This document shows positions 50,578 to 61,220 of a stretch of 64,000 nucleotides of DNA, piece by piece (within the stretch, counting starts at the first letter, position 1; each line of letters begins with the position of its first letter). The translations under genes were made by a program, and so were the position numbers. Location of the stretch: positions 382,864-446,863 of the forward strand of contig CAZDCG010000001.1 of NCBI GenBank assembly GCA_964503955.1, given 5' to 3'. Source of the stretch: an uncultured Gammaproteobacteria bacterium. GTDB lineage: Bacteria; Patescibacteriota; Patescibacteriia; VMEV01; CAYQCH01. The notes beneath the pieces were generated by a model. It was not told the origin of the DNA and did no database searches. It saw only the letters and a list, made by a program, of their open reading frames with translations.

Positions 50578-51463
50578 GTTTATACATCAATCTGCGGTCA
50601 TTGGTATGAAACTTGAGCATGATATCGTTGACAACCACTTCCGTTCCTCCCTTTTGTAGCGCCGTTTGGATCGTTTCCGGAAAGCGCTTCTGCTGCCATG
50701 ATTTTGTTTTTTGCTCCATGAGGCGATGAAAGGGCTTGAGCAGCCAATGTCCCAGAGCCTTTATTGCACCATGCCAACGGCTCGCAGGAACAGCCTGTTT
50801 TTCTGGAAGAACATGCGCTCTGCAAAGCCCGCGGTTTTCCTCTTTGAGACGATCAACTAGACAGCAGGGATCATAGAGCGGCGTAAGCGTGCGGATCCAG
50901 TAATCAAGATAAATATCTTCCTTAAGCGCGACGGATCGCAGATCAAGCCTGTCCGCCTGAAGGAAGAAACTCAGGCAGATTGTTCCATACTCATTTCCCG
51001 GCTTTGGCCTCTTTCCAAGCAGGTGCAAAAAGGCCGTAAGAAAAAACCTCGTCTGCCAAAGCCAGCCGGGTTTTGTGAGAATAAAGAAATCGATATCACT
51101 GTCTTCGCCTGCATGTCCGAAAGCGACTGTATTGCAAACCGCGATGGCCTCAACCCCTGGAAACAGAGCAAGCGCCTTGCTCCAGGCTTTCGCTGATTTC
51201 AGCAATGCGCGAGAGCGCTCCTGCGCCTGTTGATAATCTGCGGAAAAGTTCCCCAAGCGCTCGGGAAGACAGAAAAGCGAGCCCGCAGAACAGATTTTTT
51301 GCTCATCAAGCAGAGTTTGAACGGCTTGCTCGAAGATATGTTCATCAGGTTGATGCTTCGCTTCCCATAAGAGATACGCAAATAATTGATCCTTACCAAC
51401 CGGAATACCAAGCACGTCAAAAAAGGCTGTGGTCTTTACAATTTGTCGGCGCATCTCATCCAT
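50537..51463 (-). CDS. Nucleotidyltransferase-domain protein
   Basis: GHAGEDSDIDFFIL matches the Pol-beta-like NTase motif G[SG]x9-13Dx[DE]. It overlaps the upstream gene by 41 nt. Confidence 0.5.
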   Translation of the reverse strand: MDEMRRQIVKTTAFFDVLGIPVGKDQLFAYLLWEAKHQPDEHIFEQAVQTLLDEQKICSAGSLFCLPERLGNFSADYQQAQERSRALLKSAKAWSKALALFPGVEAIAVCNTVAFGHAGEDSDIDFFILTKPGWLWQTRFFLTAFLHLLGKRPKPGNEYGTICLSFFLQADRLDLRSVALKEDIYLDYWIRTLTPLYDPCCLVDRLKEENRGLCRAHVLPEKQAVPASRWHGAIKALGHWLLKPFHRLMEQKTKSWQQKRFPETIQTALQKGGTEVVVNDIMLKFHTNDRRLMYKHAYEERHRQALGE

Positions 51464-51479
51464 ACGCCGGATAGCTTAG

Positions 51480-51930
51480 CATGGATAGCAGCACGCCAGA
51501 ACCCCCTCATCATCCTTGTGATTTTATTGTTTTCTCCATCTCCCTTTTCTAGGGGGAAGGACTAGGCACGCAACCATCTTCCCCCCTCTAGAAAAGAGGG
51601 GTCGCGATAAAGATACTAAATGCAAAAACCTTCTTGGGGGAGTTCTTATTAACCCAGAACCCCCTCTTCATCTTTGTGATTTTATAGGTTTTCTCCCCTC
51701 CCCCTTTTCTAGGGGGAAGATTATCCTAATACACGCAACCATCTTCCCCCCCTCTAGAAAAGAGGGGGCGCGATAAAGATACTAAATGCAAAAACCTTCT
51801 TGGGGGAGTTCTTATTAACCCAGAACCCCCTCGCCAGGTTTACGATTTGCCAGGCTTTATCCAGTCCCCCATTTCTAGGGGGAAGAAGAAACATTTATCG
51901 GTTGAGTAGAACATGCTATAATACTGTCGC
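51480..51930. repeat. Tandem array of about 130-bp composite palindromic repeat units, left part
   Basis: About 2.5 copies of the unit acgcaaccatcttcc-cccctctagaaaagagggg-...-cttgggggagttcttattaacccagaaccccctc-...-ccccttttctagggggaag. Confidence 0.8.
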
Positions 51931-51963
51931 TTGCCCACAGCTAATCATTGTGGGCATTTTTTT

Positions 51964-52407
51964 ATGGACCAAGAAATTCGTTTATATGACCTCTACTATC
52001 GTCGCATGAACAATGATGGCAAGCTTGTTTGGTTGGATGAAGCATTTATGCATCGCCTTAAAGAGCTGCGCAAGAATCAGACAGCAGCAGAAAATATCCT
52101 TTGGCAGAAATTAAGAAGAAAGCAGCTTGGCTCTAAATTTTTGCGCCAACACCCTATTAATGGGTACGTAGTCGATTTCTACTCGCGTACTTATAAGCTC
52201 GCAATTGAACTTGACGGTGCTGTTCACCACGATATTGCAGTAAAATTCCGAGACGCGGCAAGGCAAAAAGAGCTTGAGTTCTATGGAGTCCGTTTCCTAC
52301 GATTCACGAACGAAGAAGTTATAAATCAGCTCGATGGTGTCATTGAAAAAATTAAATCGACGATACGCAACCATCTTCTCCCCTCTAGAAAAGAGGGGCA
52401 AAGATAA
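51964..52407 (+). CDS. DUF559-family (Vsr-like PD-(D/E)xK) endonuclease-domain protein embedded in the repeat array
   Basis: YVVDFYSRTYKLAIELDGAVHH...GVRFLRFTNEEV is the DUF559 core. Its 3' end reads into the next repeat unit. Confidence 0.7.
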   Translation: MDQEIRLYDLYYRRMNNDGKLVWLDEAFMHRLKELRKNQTAAENILWQKLRRKQLGSKFLRQHPINGYVVDFYSRTYKLAIELDGAVHHDIAVKFRDAARQKELEFYGVRFLRFTNEEVINQLDGVIEKIKSTIRNHLLPSRKEGQR

Positions 52408-52570
52408 ATGCATCGCGAAAAACGAAACCTTCTTGGGGGAGTTCTTGTTAACCCAGAACCCCCTCGTTACGTTTACGTTTTGCCAAGCTTTATCCAGTCC
52501 CCCTTTTCTAGGGGGAAGGACTATCCTAATGCACGCAACCATCTTCTCCCTGCACATCGTTCAATCCTCA
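52363..52570. repeat. Tandem array of about 130-bp repeat units, right part
   Basis: About 1.3 further copies of the same unit as 51480-51930. Confidence 0.8.
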
Positions 52571-52709
52571 CCTCTCCGTCGTTATTTGGGAGAACACGAT
52601 AGCAGTAAAGAATGTTCCGAAAAATCCGACGAGATTCCCGTTTGCCAGCCTTTGCGCCTTGCACAGCAAGAGACCCAACAAAGAAGGGCATGATCACGGT
52701 TGTAACTCT

Positions 52710-55502
52710 CTACAATATCTCCTTCAAATACTTCCCCGTAAACGAACGTTTTACCTTCGCGATATCCGGCGGGGTTCCTTCAGCAACCAATTCGCCTCCT
52801 TTGTCTCCGCCGTCAGGGCCCATATCAAGCACCCAGTCGACGTTCTTAATCACGTCAAGATTATGTTCGATAATCAGAACGGTATTGCCTTTGTCCGCGA
52901 GCTTATTGAGAACAAGCAGGAGACGTTTGATATCTTCAAAATGCAAACCGGTCGTCGGCTCGTCGAGAATATACAAAGTTTTTCCGGTTGAGCGGCGGGA
53001 AAGTTCGGTCGCCAGTTTAATGCGTTGCGCTTCTCCGCCGGACAAGGTTGTCGCGCTCTGCCCAAGTTTGAGATAGCCAAGTCCCACGTCTTTAAGGGTG
53101 GAAAGCTTCTCAAAGATCGCGCTGGTATCTTTAAAGAAGAGGCGCGCTTCTTCAATCGTCATCTCAAGCACGTCAGCAATCGTCTTTCCTTTATAATAGA
53201 TCTCCAATGCTTCGCGATTGTAACGGCGGCCCTGGCAGACATCGCATGTCACGTAAACGTCTGAAAGCATTTGCATTTCAATTTTCACCTGGCCGTCTCC
53301 CTGGCAGGCTTCGCAGCGGCCGCCCTTCACATTAAAAGAGAAATGTCCCGCCTTATACCCTTTCAGCTTGGCTTCGGCCGTTTCCGTGAACAGATCGCGG
53401 ATATAGGTAAAGACACCCGTATAGGTTGCCGGATTGGAACGCGGCGTGCGTCCAATCGGACTCTGATCAATGCTGATCACTTTGTCGATATGCTCAATGC
53501 CGGTGATTTTGTCATGGGCAGCCGGCAAATCTTTGGCGCGATAAAAATGATGCGACAATGCTTTGCCAAGGATATCCGTCATTAAGGTTGATTTTCCTGA
53601 GCCGGACACACCGGTGATCGCCACGAGCTTGCCAAGCGGAATGCTGACCGTAACATTCTTGAGGTTGAACGCGGTGGCATTATGAATGGTGATCGATTTG
53701 CCGCTGCCTTTGCGGTATTCTTTTGGCCGATCGATAGTTTCTTTGCCGGAAAGATATTTGCCTGTAACCGATTTCGGATTCTTCATCAATTCCTGCGCGG
53801 TCCCCTGCGCGACGACTTGCCCGCCATGCTCGCCCGCGCCCGGTCCCATATCAATCACGAAATCAGCCGCCACCATGGTGGCTGGATCATGTTCTACCAC
53901 AATCACGGTATTGCCGATATCCCGCAGCCGGGTGATGGTTTTGATCAGCTTTTCATTGTCACGCGAATGCAAACCGATGGACGGTTCATCAAGCACGTAG
54001 ATCACGCCGGTCAGCTTGGTGCCGATTTGCGTGGCCAGACGAATTCGCTGCAATTCCCCGCCGGACAAGGTCACCGCTGATCGATCTAACGTAAGATATT
54101 GCAGCCCGACATCTTCAAGATAGCCAAGCCGGGCGGTCACCTCTTCAATCAGCTGCTGCATGATCGTCCACTCCTGCTTTTCAAGCGGATGCATGCTTGT
54201 TTTTCCTGGCTTGAGCTGTTTAAAAAATTCTTTTAAATCAGAAATAGTCATCGTCACCAAATCCTCAATCGATTTATCCGCGACCGTAATGGCTAGAATC
54301 ACCGGCTGCAGTCGTTTGCCCTGGCAGGTCGGGCAAATCATCAGCCTCATGAATTTTTCAATTTCCTTGCGGACATAATCCGAATCCGTATCCGCGTGCT
54401 TTTTTTCAAGATCAGGAATAATCCCCTCAAAGCCGGCATGCCCGTAGAGCAAGGCTTTTTTCTGTTTGGTATCAAGCTTGTTCATTGGCGTATCCATGGT
54501 CACCCCAAGCGGATGCATGGCTTCTTCCACGCGGCGCATGATACTTGTGCTATTGGCGTAGACGCGCGTCCATGGACGGATGGCGCCTTCTGAAATGGTG
54601 AGTTTGTCATTTGGAATCACCAATTCCTCGTCAACAACAAGGCGCGTTCCAAGTCCGCTGCAGGCCGGGCAGGCTCCCTGCGGCGAATTGAAGGAGAAAA
54701 TGCGCGGCTCGATTTCCGGCAAAGAAATATCTCCATCGGAAAAAACATAGTATTGGCTGAATGTGGTTTCCTCATTTGAACCGGCAAGCGACCCTGAAAG
54801 GAATCCATTACCCAGATCAAGCGCCTGCTTGATGAATTCAAATGCCGCGTCTTTTGACGTATCTTTTTGAATGAGCTGGGGAAGCATGACTTCGATCGTA
54901 TACGCCTTCTTTTTATCAAGCTCAATCCCTTCGATATCGGCGATATCGTAAAAGACGCCGTTGATGCGGACCTGCTGGTATTCCGAGCGGCGGATTTCAT
55001 CAAGCGTGCGTTTGTGGTTGCCGCGCGCGTCTTTTGTCAAAGGCACGATAATGCGCACCGGGCCTCTCTGTGCCAGCTCAAGAATCTTTTTCGTGATTTC
55101 TTCGGGATGCTGCTTTTTGACTTCCTGGCCGGTGACGGGATCATGCGGCTTGCCGATGCGCGCGAACATCAAGCGCAAATAGTCGTAGACTTCGGTCATG
55201 GTGCCAACGGTTGAACGAGGATTGCTGCTGCCGCTGCGTTGGTCAATCACAATGGTTGGGGAAAGTCCTTCGATGCTGTCTACATCCGGTTTGTCGAGCA
55301 CTCCCAAAAATTGCCGCGCGTAGGAGGAAAGACTCTCCACATAGCGGCGCTGTCCCTCCGCGTAAATGGTGTCAAATGCCAGCGACGATTTTCCCGAACC
55401 GGAAACCCCGGTCAGCACCACGAGCTTGTCGCGGGGAATGGAAACGGAAATGTTTTTTAAATTATGCACGCGCGCGCCTTTGATATCGATGGATGTAGGC
55501 AT
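52710..55502 (-). CDS. uvrA: Excinuclease ABC subunit A
   Basis: 930 aa. Two ABC ATPase modules ([18 protein letters not shown]) and Zn-finger Cys clusters. Confidence 0.95.
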   Translation of the reverse strand: MPTSIDIKGARVHNLKNISVSIPRDKLVVLTGVSGSGKSSLAFDTIYAEGQRRYVESLSSYARQFLGVLDKPDVDSIEGLSPTIVIDQRSGSSNPRSTVGTMTEVYDYLRLMFARIGKPHDPVTGQEVKKQHPEEITKKILELAQRGPVRIIVPLTKDARGNHKRTLDEIRRSEYQQVRINGVFYDIADIEGIELDKKKAYTIEVMLPQLIQKDTSKDAAFEFIKQALDLGNGFLSGSLAGSNEETTFSQYYVFSDGDISLPEIEPRIFSFNSPQGACPACSGLGTRLVVDEELVIPNDKLTISEGAIRPWTRVYANSTSIMRRVEEAMHPLGVTMDTPMNKLDTKQKKALLYGHAGFEGIIPDLEKKHADTDSDYVRKEIEKFMRLMICPTCQGKRLQPVILAITVADKSIEDLVTMTISDLKEFFKQLKPGKTSMHPLEKQEWTIMQQLIEEVTARLGYLEDVGLQYLTLDRSAVTLSGGELQRIRLATQIGTKLTGVIYVLDEPSIGLHSRDNEKLIKTITRLRDIGNTVIVVEHDPATMVAADFVIDMGPGAGEHGGQVVAQGTAQELMKNPKSVTGKYLSGKETIDRPKEYRKGSGKSITIHNATAFNLKNVTVSIPLGKLVAITGVSGSGKSTLMTDILGKALSHHFYRAKDLPAAHDKITGIEHIDKVISIDQSPIGRTPRSNPATYTGVFTYIRDLFTETAEAKLKGYKAGHFSFNVKGGRCEACQGDGQVKIEMQMLSDVYVTCDVCQGRRYNREALEIYYKGKTIADVLEMTIEEARLFFKDTSAIFEKLSTLKDVGLGYLKLGQSATTLSGGEAQRIKLATELSRRSTGKTLYILDEPTTGLHFEDIKRLLLVLNKLADKGNTVLIIEHNLDVIKNVDWVLDMGPDGGDKGGELVAEGTPPDIAKVKRSFTGKYLKEIL

Positions 55503-56645
55503 GTTAGCAAAAAATTAAGACCGATCCGTCAAATAGAGTAACAGGCAGTGTAGCGGATTTTTTCGATTTGATCAATACGAAAAAATCCGCAGACGGATCA
55601 GACATCACAGACTTCAAAGACGCGCAGATTGGTGAGAACACCCCCCCTAATTCCCAATTCCTAATTCTTTAAGCATCTTAATTGCTTGAAAGTAATTTCA
55701 AAACAAAAACGCTCCCGATCGCCGTAAAGCAATCAAGAGCATCTTTTCTTTCGTCGTGCGTGTGGAATGCCCTTTGTCGTCGGGCGTGGGGCTCCGTCCC
55801 CGCCCGACACCTTGTCGGACGCGAGGCTGCGTCTCCGTCCGACCTTTTCCACCTCAAATCCGCTACCTCTATACCCCGCTTGATTCAACATCAACCATTC
55901 TTGACCCTTTACCCGCCTCTCAAATCCGGTACCTCTATACCTCCCTCACCTAAAACCAAGGTAAGACAGGGGTATGAGCAAGATAACGGATGAGAAAAAA
56001 CCAGGCTTGAGCAAAGCTCGTGTACCTCATATCGTTTTTCGATACAAAGCGCCTGAATGAGAGGCTTGCAAAGTCATTTGCCACCTTCCCTTGCAGGCCT
56101 GCGGCAAACGGCTTCTCACGAGGCAGGGTAACGGATCCCGGTGTATCAGTTGCTCACCGGCTGCCCCGGCCATCCCGAAAGATGACACTTCAACCTAGAT
56201 TGAAATGGGGGTATTGTCAAGGCTGTTGCTGATCCCAGAACCCCCTCGCTACGTTTTCTTTTCCTCCATGCTTTATTCAGTTCCCCCTCCTGCCTGCCGG
56301 TTTACCCGCCGGAGGAGGGCAGGCAGGTTTCTAGGGGGAAGAAGAGCAGACTCCCCCCCTCTTAGGAAGAGGGGCTAGGAAAAACTTTCTAAAAGAAGAT
56401 ATCCGCTTGGGGGAGATCCTACCCTAATTCCTAATTCCCAATTCCTAATTCTTTGAGCATCTTCACCCGCGATATAAGTTTCCCGCCTGCTAAGCTTTAC
56501 AGCCTGCATAGCAAGAAGGGGCTTGATGCGCGGGGATGATGATCCGCAAGGAGGGGTGATAGCAGCAACACTGTACAATCAAAAAACCCACAGCCGATCG
56601 TCTGTGAGTCTTGAGAGCCTGAAAAGTCTGTGAGTCTGTGCACTC

Positions 56646-58001
56646 CTAGCGCGCCCCGAAATTCTGCACCCAGTACAGTTCAAACCCGCTCTGGCTTTTG
56701 CCATAAGCAAGTCCGAATCCAACCTCGGTGAATTCACCGAGGATATTCGCCAGATGATCCGGGCTGTCAATCCAGGCCTGCATGACTTCTTCAACCGAGA
56801 ATTGTCCTTTGGCGATATTTTCCGCGGAGCGAATGGCTGGATAGCCGGTTGCCGTGATGCGCTCATGCGGTGTCATCCCTTCTGGTGTTTCATGCGCATA
56901 GTACGCGCGGTCGAACATATCCTGCGCATGCGCCTGCGCCGACTGTGTTAACTGGACCTGTAACGTGAGCGGTGCAAGTCCTGATTGCGCGCGGCGGGTA
57001 TTTAATCTGTTAAGCATCTCATTGCGTACCGCGTTCAAATCCGCCAGCGAAGCGGTTTTCTCTGTAAAAAACGATTCAAGCGAACGGGCGAAAACCACAA
57101 AGTAGAAAGAAATATTCTGATACATGCCAATGCCGATTCCAACATTTTCATAATCGGCGTCAACGACATTCTGGTAACTGATATCCTGCTCGGATTTCCA
57201 GACGTCAACGATATTCGTGACCTCATGATTGGTTTGGATCAAATTCTGCGCGACGACGTATGCCACGTATCCGGCTTCTTCAAGACGTTGGGGGATTTCA
57301 ATTCCCTCCGGAGACGTAAAGGAGAAATAGGATCTCTGCGTCATATCATCCGCATGCGTTTGCGCGGCCTGTGACAATTCTTTGATCAATGTATACGGAG
57401 CAAGCCCCTTGCTGGCGCGCTCCAGATTCATTTCATTCAGCAAGGAAATCCGTTTTGTGGTCAGCTCATCTCCAAGCGTGCCTTGCGTCGCATGTCCGTC
57501 GGCGCGATTGCCTCCATTGGAAGGAACCGCCGATTCTTCCGCCACCGGAATGGCAAGCAAATTCTCATCGCTGATGCCAAGACCAAGTTCGCGCATCACC
57601 TTAAACGCGTCGTCCGGTCGTCCAAGATAGGAGCGTTTCAGCGTATCTGGAAAGACATACCAGGCCTCGCCTTTTGATTCCACCTGCAAAAGAATTTTCC
57701 CGCTCAATCGGCTGCGCAAAGAAAGAGAGCCGGTTTGCGAAGAACCGGCTTCAGGGACCAGCGAGAGATCGGCATTGCTGATACCAAGTCCGAGATTGCG
57801 CATAATCGCAAACGCGTCGGCGGGGCGGCCAAGATAGAAGCGCTCATGCGTATCCGGATAGACATACCAGGCTTCTCCATTCGCCTCGACCTGCAATAAG
57901 ATTTTCCCGCTCAAGCGCTGCGCGAGTGTTTGCGCAAAGACAGGCTGATACAAAGACGCGCCAGCCGCGAACAAAAGCGCGGCCAAGATGAATCGTTTCA
58001 T
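56646..58001 (-). CDS. Secreted protein with two CAP (SCP/PR-1-like) domains, each preceded by a conserved ~45-aa repeat
   Basis: Signal peptide. The module SGKILLQVE..GEAWYV.PDT...YLGRP.DAF..MR.LGLGIS occurs twice. The CAP-like C-terminus contains ...ELYWVQNFG. Confidence 0.55.
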   Translation of the reverse strand: MKRFILAALLFAAGASLYQPVFAQTLAQRLSGKILLQVEANGEAWYVYPDTHERFYLGRPADAFAIMRNLGLGISNADLSLVPEAGSSQTGSLSLRSRLSGKILLQVESKGEAWYVFPDTLKRSYLGRPDDAFKVMRELGLGISDENLLAIPVAEESAVPSNGGNRADGHATQGTLGDELTTKRISLLNEMNLERASKGLAPYTLIKELSQAAQTHADDMTQRSYFSFTSPEGIEIPQRLEEAGYVAYVVAQNLIQTNHEVTNIVDVWKSEQDISYQNVVDADYENVGIGIGMYQNISFYFVVFARSLESFFTEKTASLADLNAVRNEMLNRLNTRRAQSGLAPLTLQVQLTQSAQAHAQDMFDRAYYAHETPEGMTPHERITATGYPAIRSAENIAKGQFSVEEVMQAWIDSPDHLANILGEFTEVGFGLAYGKSQSGFELYWVQNFGAR

Positions 58002-58003
58002 AT

Positions 58004-58708
58004 TTAGTTGATGCCTAATGAATCGAGAACGCGAACCCAGCTCTCAAAAGAAAGATAGCCCTGCAGCAGCTGTCCGTTCACGATCCATGACGGCGTTCCT
58101 CTTCCTTTGCGGCTTACAATAGCCGCGAGATCCTGGTCGATTTCATCATACCAGCGTCTGCTGCTGTGGCAGCTTTGAAATTTCTGCATATCAAGCCCCA
58201 CTGCCCGGGCATGATCAAGAAGCGTTTCCGTTGTCAGATCATCCTGGAATTGAAAGAAGCGGTCATGCAAAGCCCAGAATTTTCCCTGCTCATGCGCGCA
58301 CATGGACGCATGCGCGAGCTCTCTTGCCTGAGGATGAAGGGAGACAATCGGGAAATGGCGGTAAACGAGCCGGATTTTGTCGGGGTATCTGTTGACCAGG
58401 CGCCTGACCGGCTCAAATGATGCTTTGCAGAATGGACAGTGGAAATCTCCAAATTCAATAATGGTGATGTCTGCATCTTCAGGGCCAAGCGTTGGAGCCC
58501 AGACCGGAATCAGTTCGCCTTGATCGCTTTCCTCGTATGAGGCGCCAGTATACGCGGAGATACCTTCCGCTTCGTCGGTAAGGCTCGGGGGTTTAAACCA
58601 AAGTGCCGCGGACAAAATCACAACCAACCCGGCTGTTACTCCCAGGTAAAGAAGAATGCCGTAGAGAATTTTTTTTCCGAGTGTGATTTTTTCAACTGGC
58701 TGGTCCAT
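58004..58708 (-). CDS. Membrane-anchored DsbA-like thiol:disulfide oxidoreductase
   Basis: TM anchor and a CPFC active site in a thioredoxin fold. Confidence 0.7.
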   Translation of the reverse strand: MDQPVEKITLGKKILYGILLYLGVTAGLVVILSAALWFKPPSLTDEAEGISAYTGASYEESDQGELIPVWAPTLGPEDADITIIEFGDFHCPFCKASFEPVRRLVNRYPDKIRLVYRHFPIVSLHPQARELAHASMCAHEQGKFWALHDRFFQFQDDLTTETLLDHARAVGLDMQKFQSCHSSRRWYDEIDQDLAAIVSRKGRGTPSWIVNGQLLQGYLSFESWVRVLDSLGIN

Positions 58709-59007
58709 AATAAGAAAAGTATATCATGACGGAGCTCATTTCTCCTCGCTTGCTCGCTGTTCCATTTATCACTTGGACGCCTTGTCGGGCGGAGGTTACA
58801 TCTCCGTCAGGCAAGACGGGGCCCAACAAGGCAGGACCAAACCTCCGTCCGACTTGAAAAATCTCCATGGCTCAGCTTTCCGTCAGAAATTTAGCCTCTG
58901 TCACGGACAAAATCGGAAAATCCTCCTTCCATTGACAGATAAGGCGAAAAACGCTATATTGAGCATGTCATAAGAGGCCTAGAAACGGGCCCTTTTCATT
59001 TCAGACT

Positions 59008-59223
59008 ATGAATACTCCTATTGCCGTTGTTCAGCTTAGTTCAGCCATTATTCTCATGCTTAGCATTCTCCTGCAGCAGCGCGGCACCGGCCTTGGCAAT
59101 GCCTTTGGCGGAACAGGGAATGTCTACCGAACAAAGCGAGGAATCGAACAGGTCCTTTATTGGATCAGCGTGGTATTCGCATTCCTCTTCACCTTGAGCT
59201 CATTGCTCGTCGTGATTTTCTAA
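59008..59223 (+). CDS. secG: Preprotein translocase subunit SecG
   Basis: 71 aa, two TM segments, with the SecG signature region LLQQRGTGLGNAFGG. Confidence 0.7.
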   Translation: MNTPIAVVQLSSAIILMLSILLQQRGTGLGNAFGGTGNVYRTKRGIEQVLYWISVVFAFLFTLSSLLVVIF

Positions 59224-59270
59224 TATCGCTCGTTGTCCGGCCCGCACACAACGAAGGCGATTTTCGTAAC

Positions 59271-61220
59271 ATGCTCGATCGATTCCGATCAAAACTCCCC
59301 CGAAAACTGCGGCATTCCGCAGTCTGGGAAAAACCATCAAAACGCGCTCAGGAACGTTTAGCCTATGACCAGCAGCTTGTCTGGCAGGGGCAAAAGAAGA
59401 AACGCATTCCAAGCTGGCGGCAATTGCGCTATATCAGCAGCTTTTTCACGGCCCGCGAACGATTCCTCGTGCTCGTTTCTTTCGGCTTCATCTTTGCCGG
59501 CCTCACGCTTGGTTCTGCCATCGGCTATGCCAAGCTGGTCGAAGAAGTTCCCGCCCAGGGCGGATCGTATCGAGAAGGTCTGCTGGGATCCCCGCTCTAT
59601 GTAAATCCCATCCTTGCCAATACAAGCGATGTGGATTTAGATCTCTCAAGCCTGATTTTCTCCGGCTTGCTGAGATACGACAAAGAGCTGGAATTTCAGC
59701 CTGATCTTGCCCAATCCTGGGAAATTTCTGAAGACGGAAAAACCTATACGGTTGTGCTTCGCTCCGGTTTGCAATGGCATGACGGTGCGCCGCTCACGGT
59801 TGATGACGTGCTTTTTACCTATCGAGCCATTCAGGAGCCGGCGGTAAACAGCCCGTTGCAATCAGCCCTGCGCGACGTGCAAATCACCAAGTCAGACAAC
59901 CTGACCATCCAGTTTGTTTTGCCAGAACCGTTCTATCCATTCGTTTCCGTGCTGACAACCGGCATTATCCCCCAGCATCTCTGGGCGAATCTGCCGGCAA
60001 ACAATATCCGTTTGGCAGAGCTGAATATCAAGCCGATCGGATCAGGACCTTGGAAATTTGAGAAGCTGGAAAAAGACAAATTCGGCAGCATTCACACCTA
60101 TACGCTCGTTCCGTTTGAAGCGTATCATCTGCAAAAGCCATTTTTGTCTGAATTGACCTTCCAGTTCTTCTCAGATTTCGGCTCTGCGATCGAGGCGCTT
60201 AATACCGGCAAAATCCAAGGCATCAGCTATCTGCCCCAGCAGCTGCTCGCAAGCGTGGGCCAGGGGCAGCGCAGCAATGTCCACCAGATGCAATTGCCTC
60301 AGTATACGGCCGTTTTCTTCAATACAGCCAATAATTCCGCGCTGGCAAGCAAGCAGGTGCGCAGCGCTCTGGCGCAAAGCATCGACCGCGAACGGCTGAT
60401 CCGCGAAGGATTGAACGGCAATGGCCGGCTTGTAAACGGGCCGCTGCTTGAAGGAATGAATGGATTTGATCCGTCAGCCACCGGCTACAGCTTTGACCCG
60501 GTTCTTGCCCAGCAGCAATTGACCCAAGCTGGCTGGGAGGCGATTGATGAAGAAGCCTTTGTTCGCCTTGAGCAGGAACGCCTCACGGCTGAAACGGACA
60601 CGGATGAGCAAGAAACCGACCACAATGCTTCGCTGCAGGAGCTTGTTGACCAGGGGCTGATCGACACAGGCAACCAGGCAGTATTTCGCGCCAAAGACGG
60701 TGAGATTCTCCGCGTAAGATTGACAACCGTGGATCAGCCGGAGAATGTGCGCGCGGCTGAATTGATCCGATCCGCCTGGCAGGCCGCCGGCGTGAAAGTG
60801 GATGTTGAAATCGTTCCGGTTAGCGTCTTGCTCACTAATATTCTGCCCGCCCGCGACTACGAAGCCCTCTTGTACGGACAGATCCTCAACGTGCCGGCGG
60901 ACTTATACGCCTTCTGGCATAGTTCGCAGATCGAAAGCCCGGGACTGAATCTCGCGCTGTATGCCGACAAAGACACAGACGAATGGCTTGAACAGGCGCG
61001 CATTTCTGTTGACGAGCAAAGCCAGGCGGATCTGTATCGGCTGGTTGAGACAAGGCTGAGAGAAGATATACCGGCGATTTTCCTCTTCACACCAAGATAT
61101 AATTACCTCCTGCCCGATACCATCAAGGGATTTGATGTCGAACGGCTGCGCATCCCTGCCGACCGGTTCAAAAACCTGCAGGAATGGTATAGCAAAACAA
61201 AGCGCATCATCGCGCGATAA
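59271..61220 (+). CDS. ABC transporter substrate-binding protein, family 5 (Opp/Dpp-like), N-terminally TM-anchored
   Basis: The SBP_bac_5 core starts around LLGSPLYVNPILANTSDVDLDLSSLIFSGLLRYD. There is an N-terminal basic region plus a TM anchor. The ATG at 59271 lies after the secG stop, and the ORF track start at 59160 is TTG. Confidence 0.7.
   Translation: MLDRFRSKLPRKLRHSAVWEKPSKRAQERLAYDQQLVWQGQKKKRIPSWRQLRYISSFFTARERFLVLVSFGFIFAGLTLGSAIGYAKLVEEVPAQGGSYREGLLGSPLYVNPILANTSDVDLDLSSLIFSGLLRYDKELEFQPDLAQSWEISEDGKTYTVVLRSGLQWHDGAPLTVDDVLFTYRAIQEPAVNSPLQSALRDVQITKSDNLTIQFVLPEPFYPFVSVLTTGIIPQHLWANLPANNIRLAELNIKPIGSGPWKFEKLEKDKFGSIHTYTLVPFEAYHLQKPFLSELTFQFFSDFGSAIEALNTGKIQGISYLPQQLLASVGQGQRSNVHQMQLPQYTAVFFNTANNSALASKQVRSALAQSIDRERLIREGLNGNGRLVNGPLLEGMNGFDPSATGYSFDPVLAQQQLTQAGWEAIDEEAFVRLEQERLTAETDTDEQETDHNASLQELVDQGLIDTGNQAVFRAKDGEILRVRLTTVDQPENVRAAELIRSAWQAAGVKVDVEIVPVSVLLTNILPARDYEALLYGQILNVPADLYAFWHSSQIESPGLNLALYADKDTDEWLEQARISVDEQSQADLYRLVETRLREDIPAIFLFTPRYNYLLPDTIKGFDVERLRIPADRFKNLQEWYSKTKRIIAR

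Noticed and set aside
51480-52570. Possible CRISPR array (regular direct repeats)
   Set aside because: The sequences between the palindromic cores are themselves repeated from unit to unit, so there are no unique spacers. There is no leader or cas gene, and the units of about 130 bp are composite hairpins. It is better explained as a tandem array of a REP/MITE-like element.
55503-56645. tmRNA / RNase P RNA / SRP RNA in the 1.1-kb ORF-free gap
   Set aside because: I searched by eye for GGAAAGTCCGG / ACAGAACCCGGCTTA (RNase P), the tmRNA 5' GGGG...CCA ends and a tag ORF, and the SRP domain IV motif. None were present. A partial resemblance (GGCAGGGTAACGG) is insufficient.
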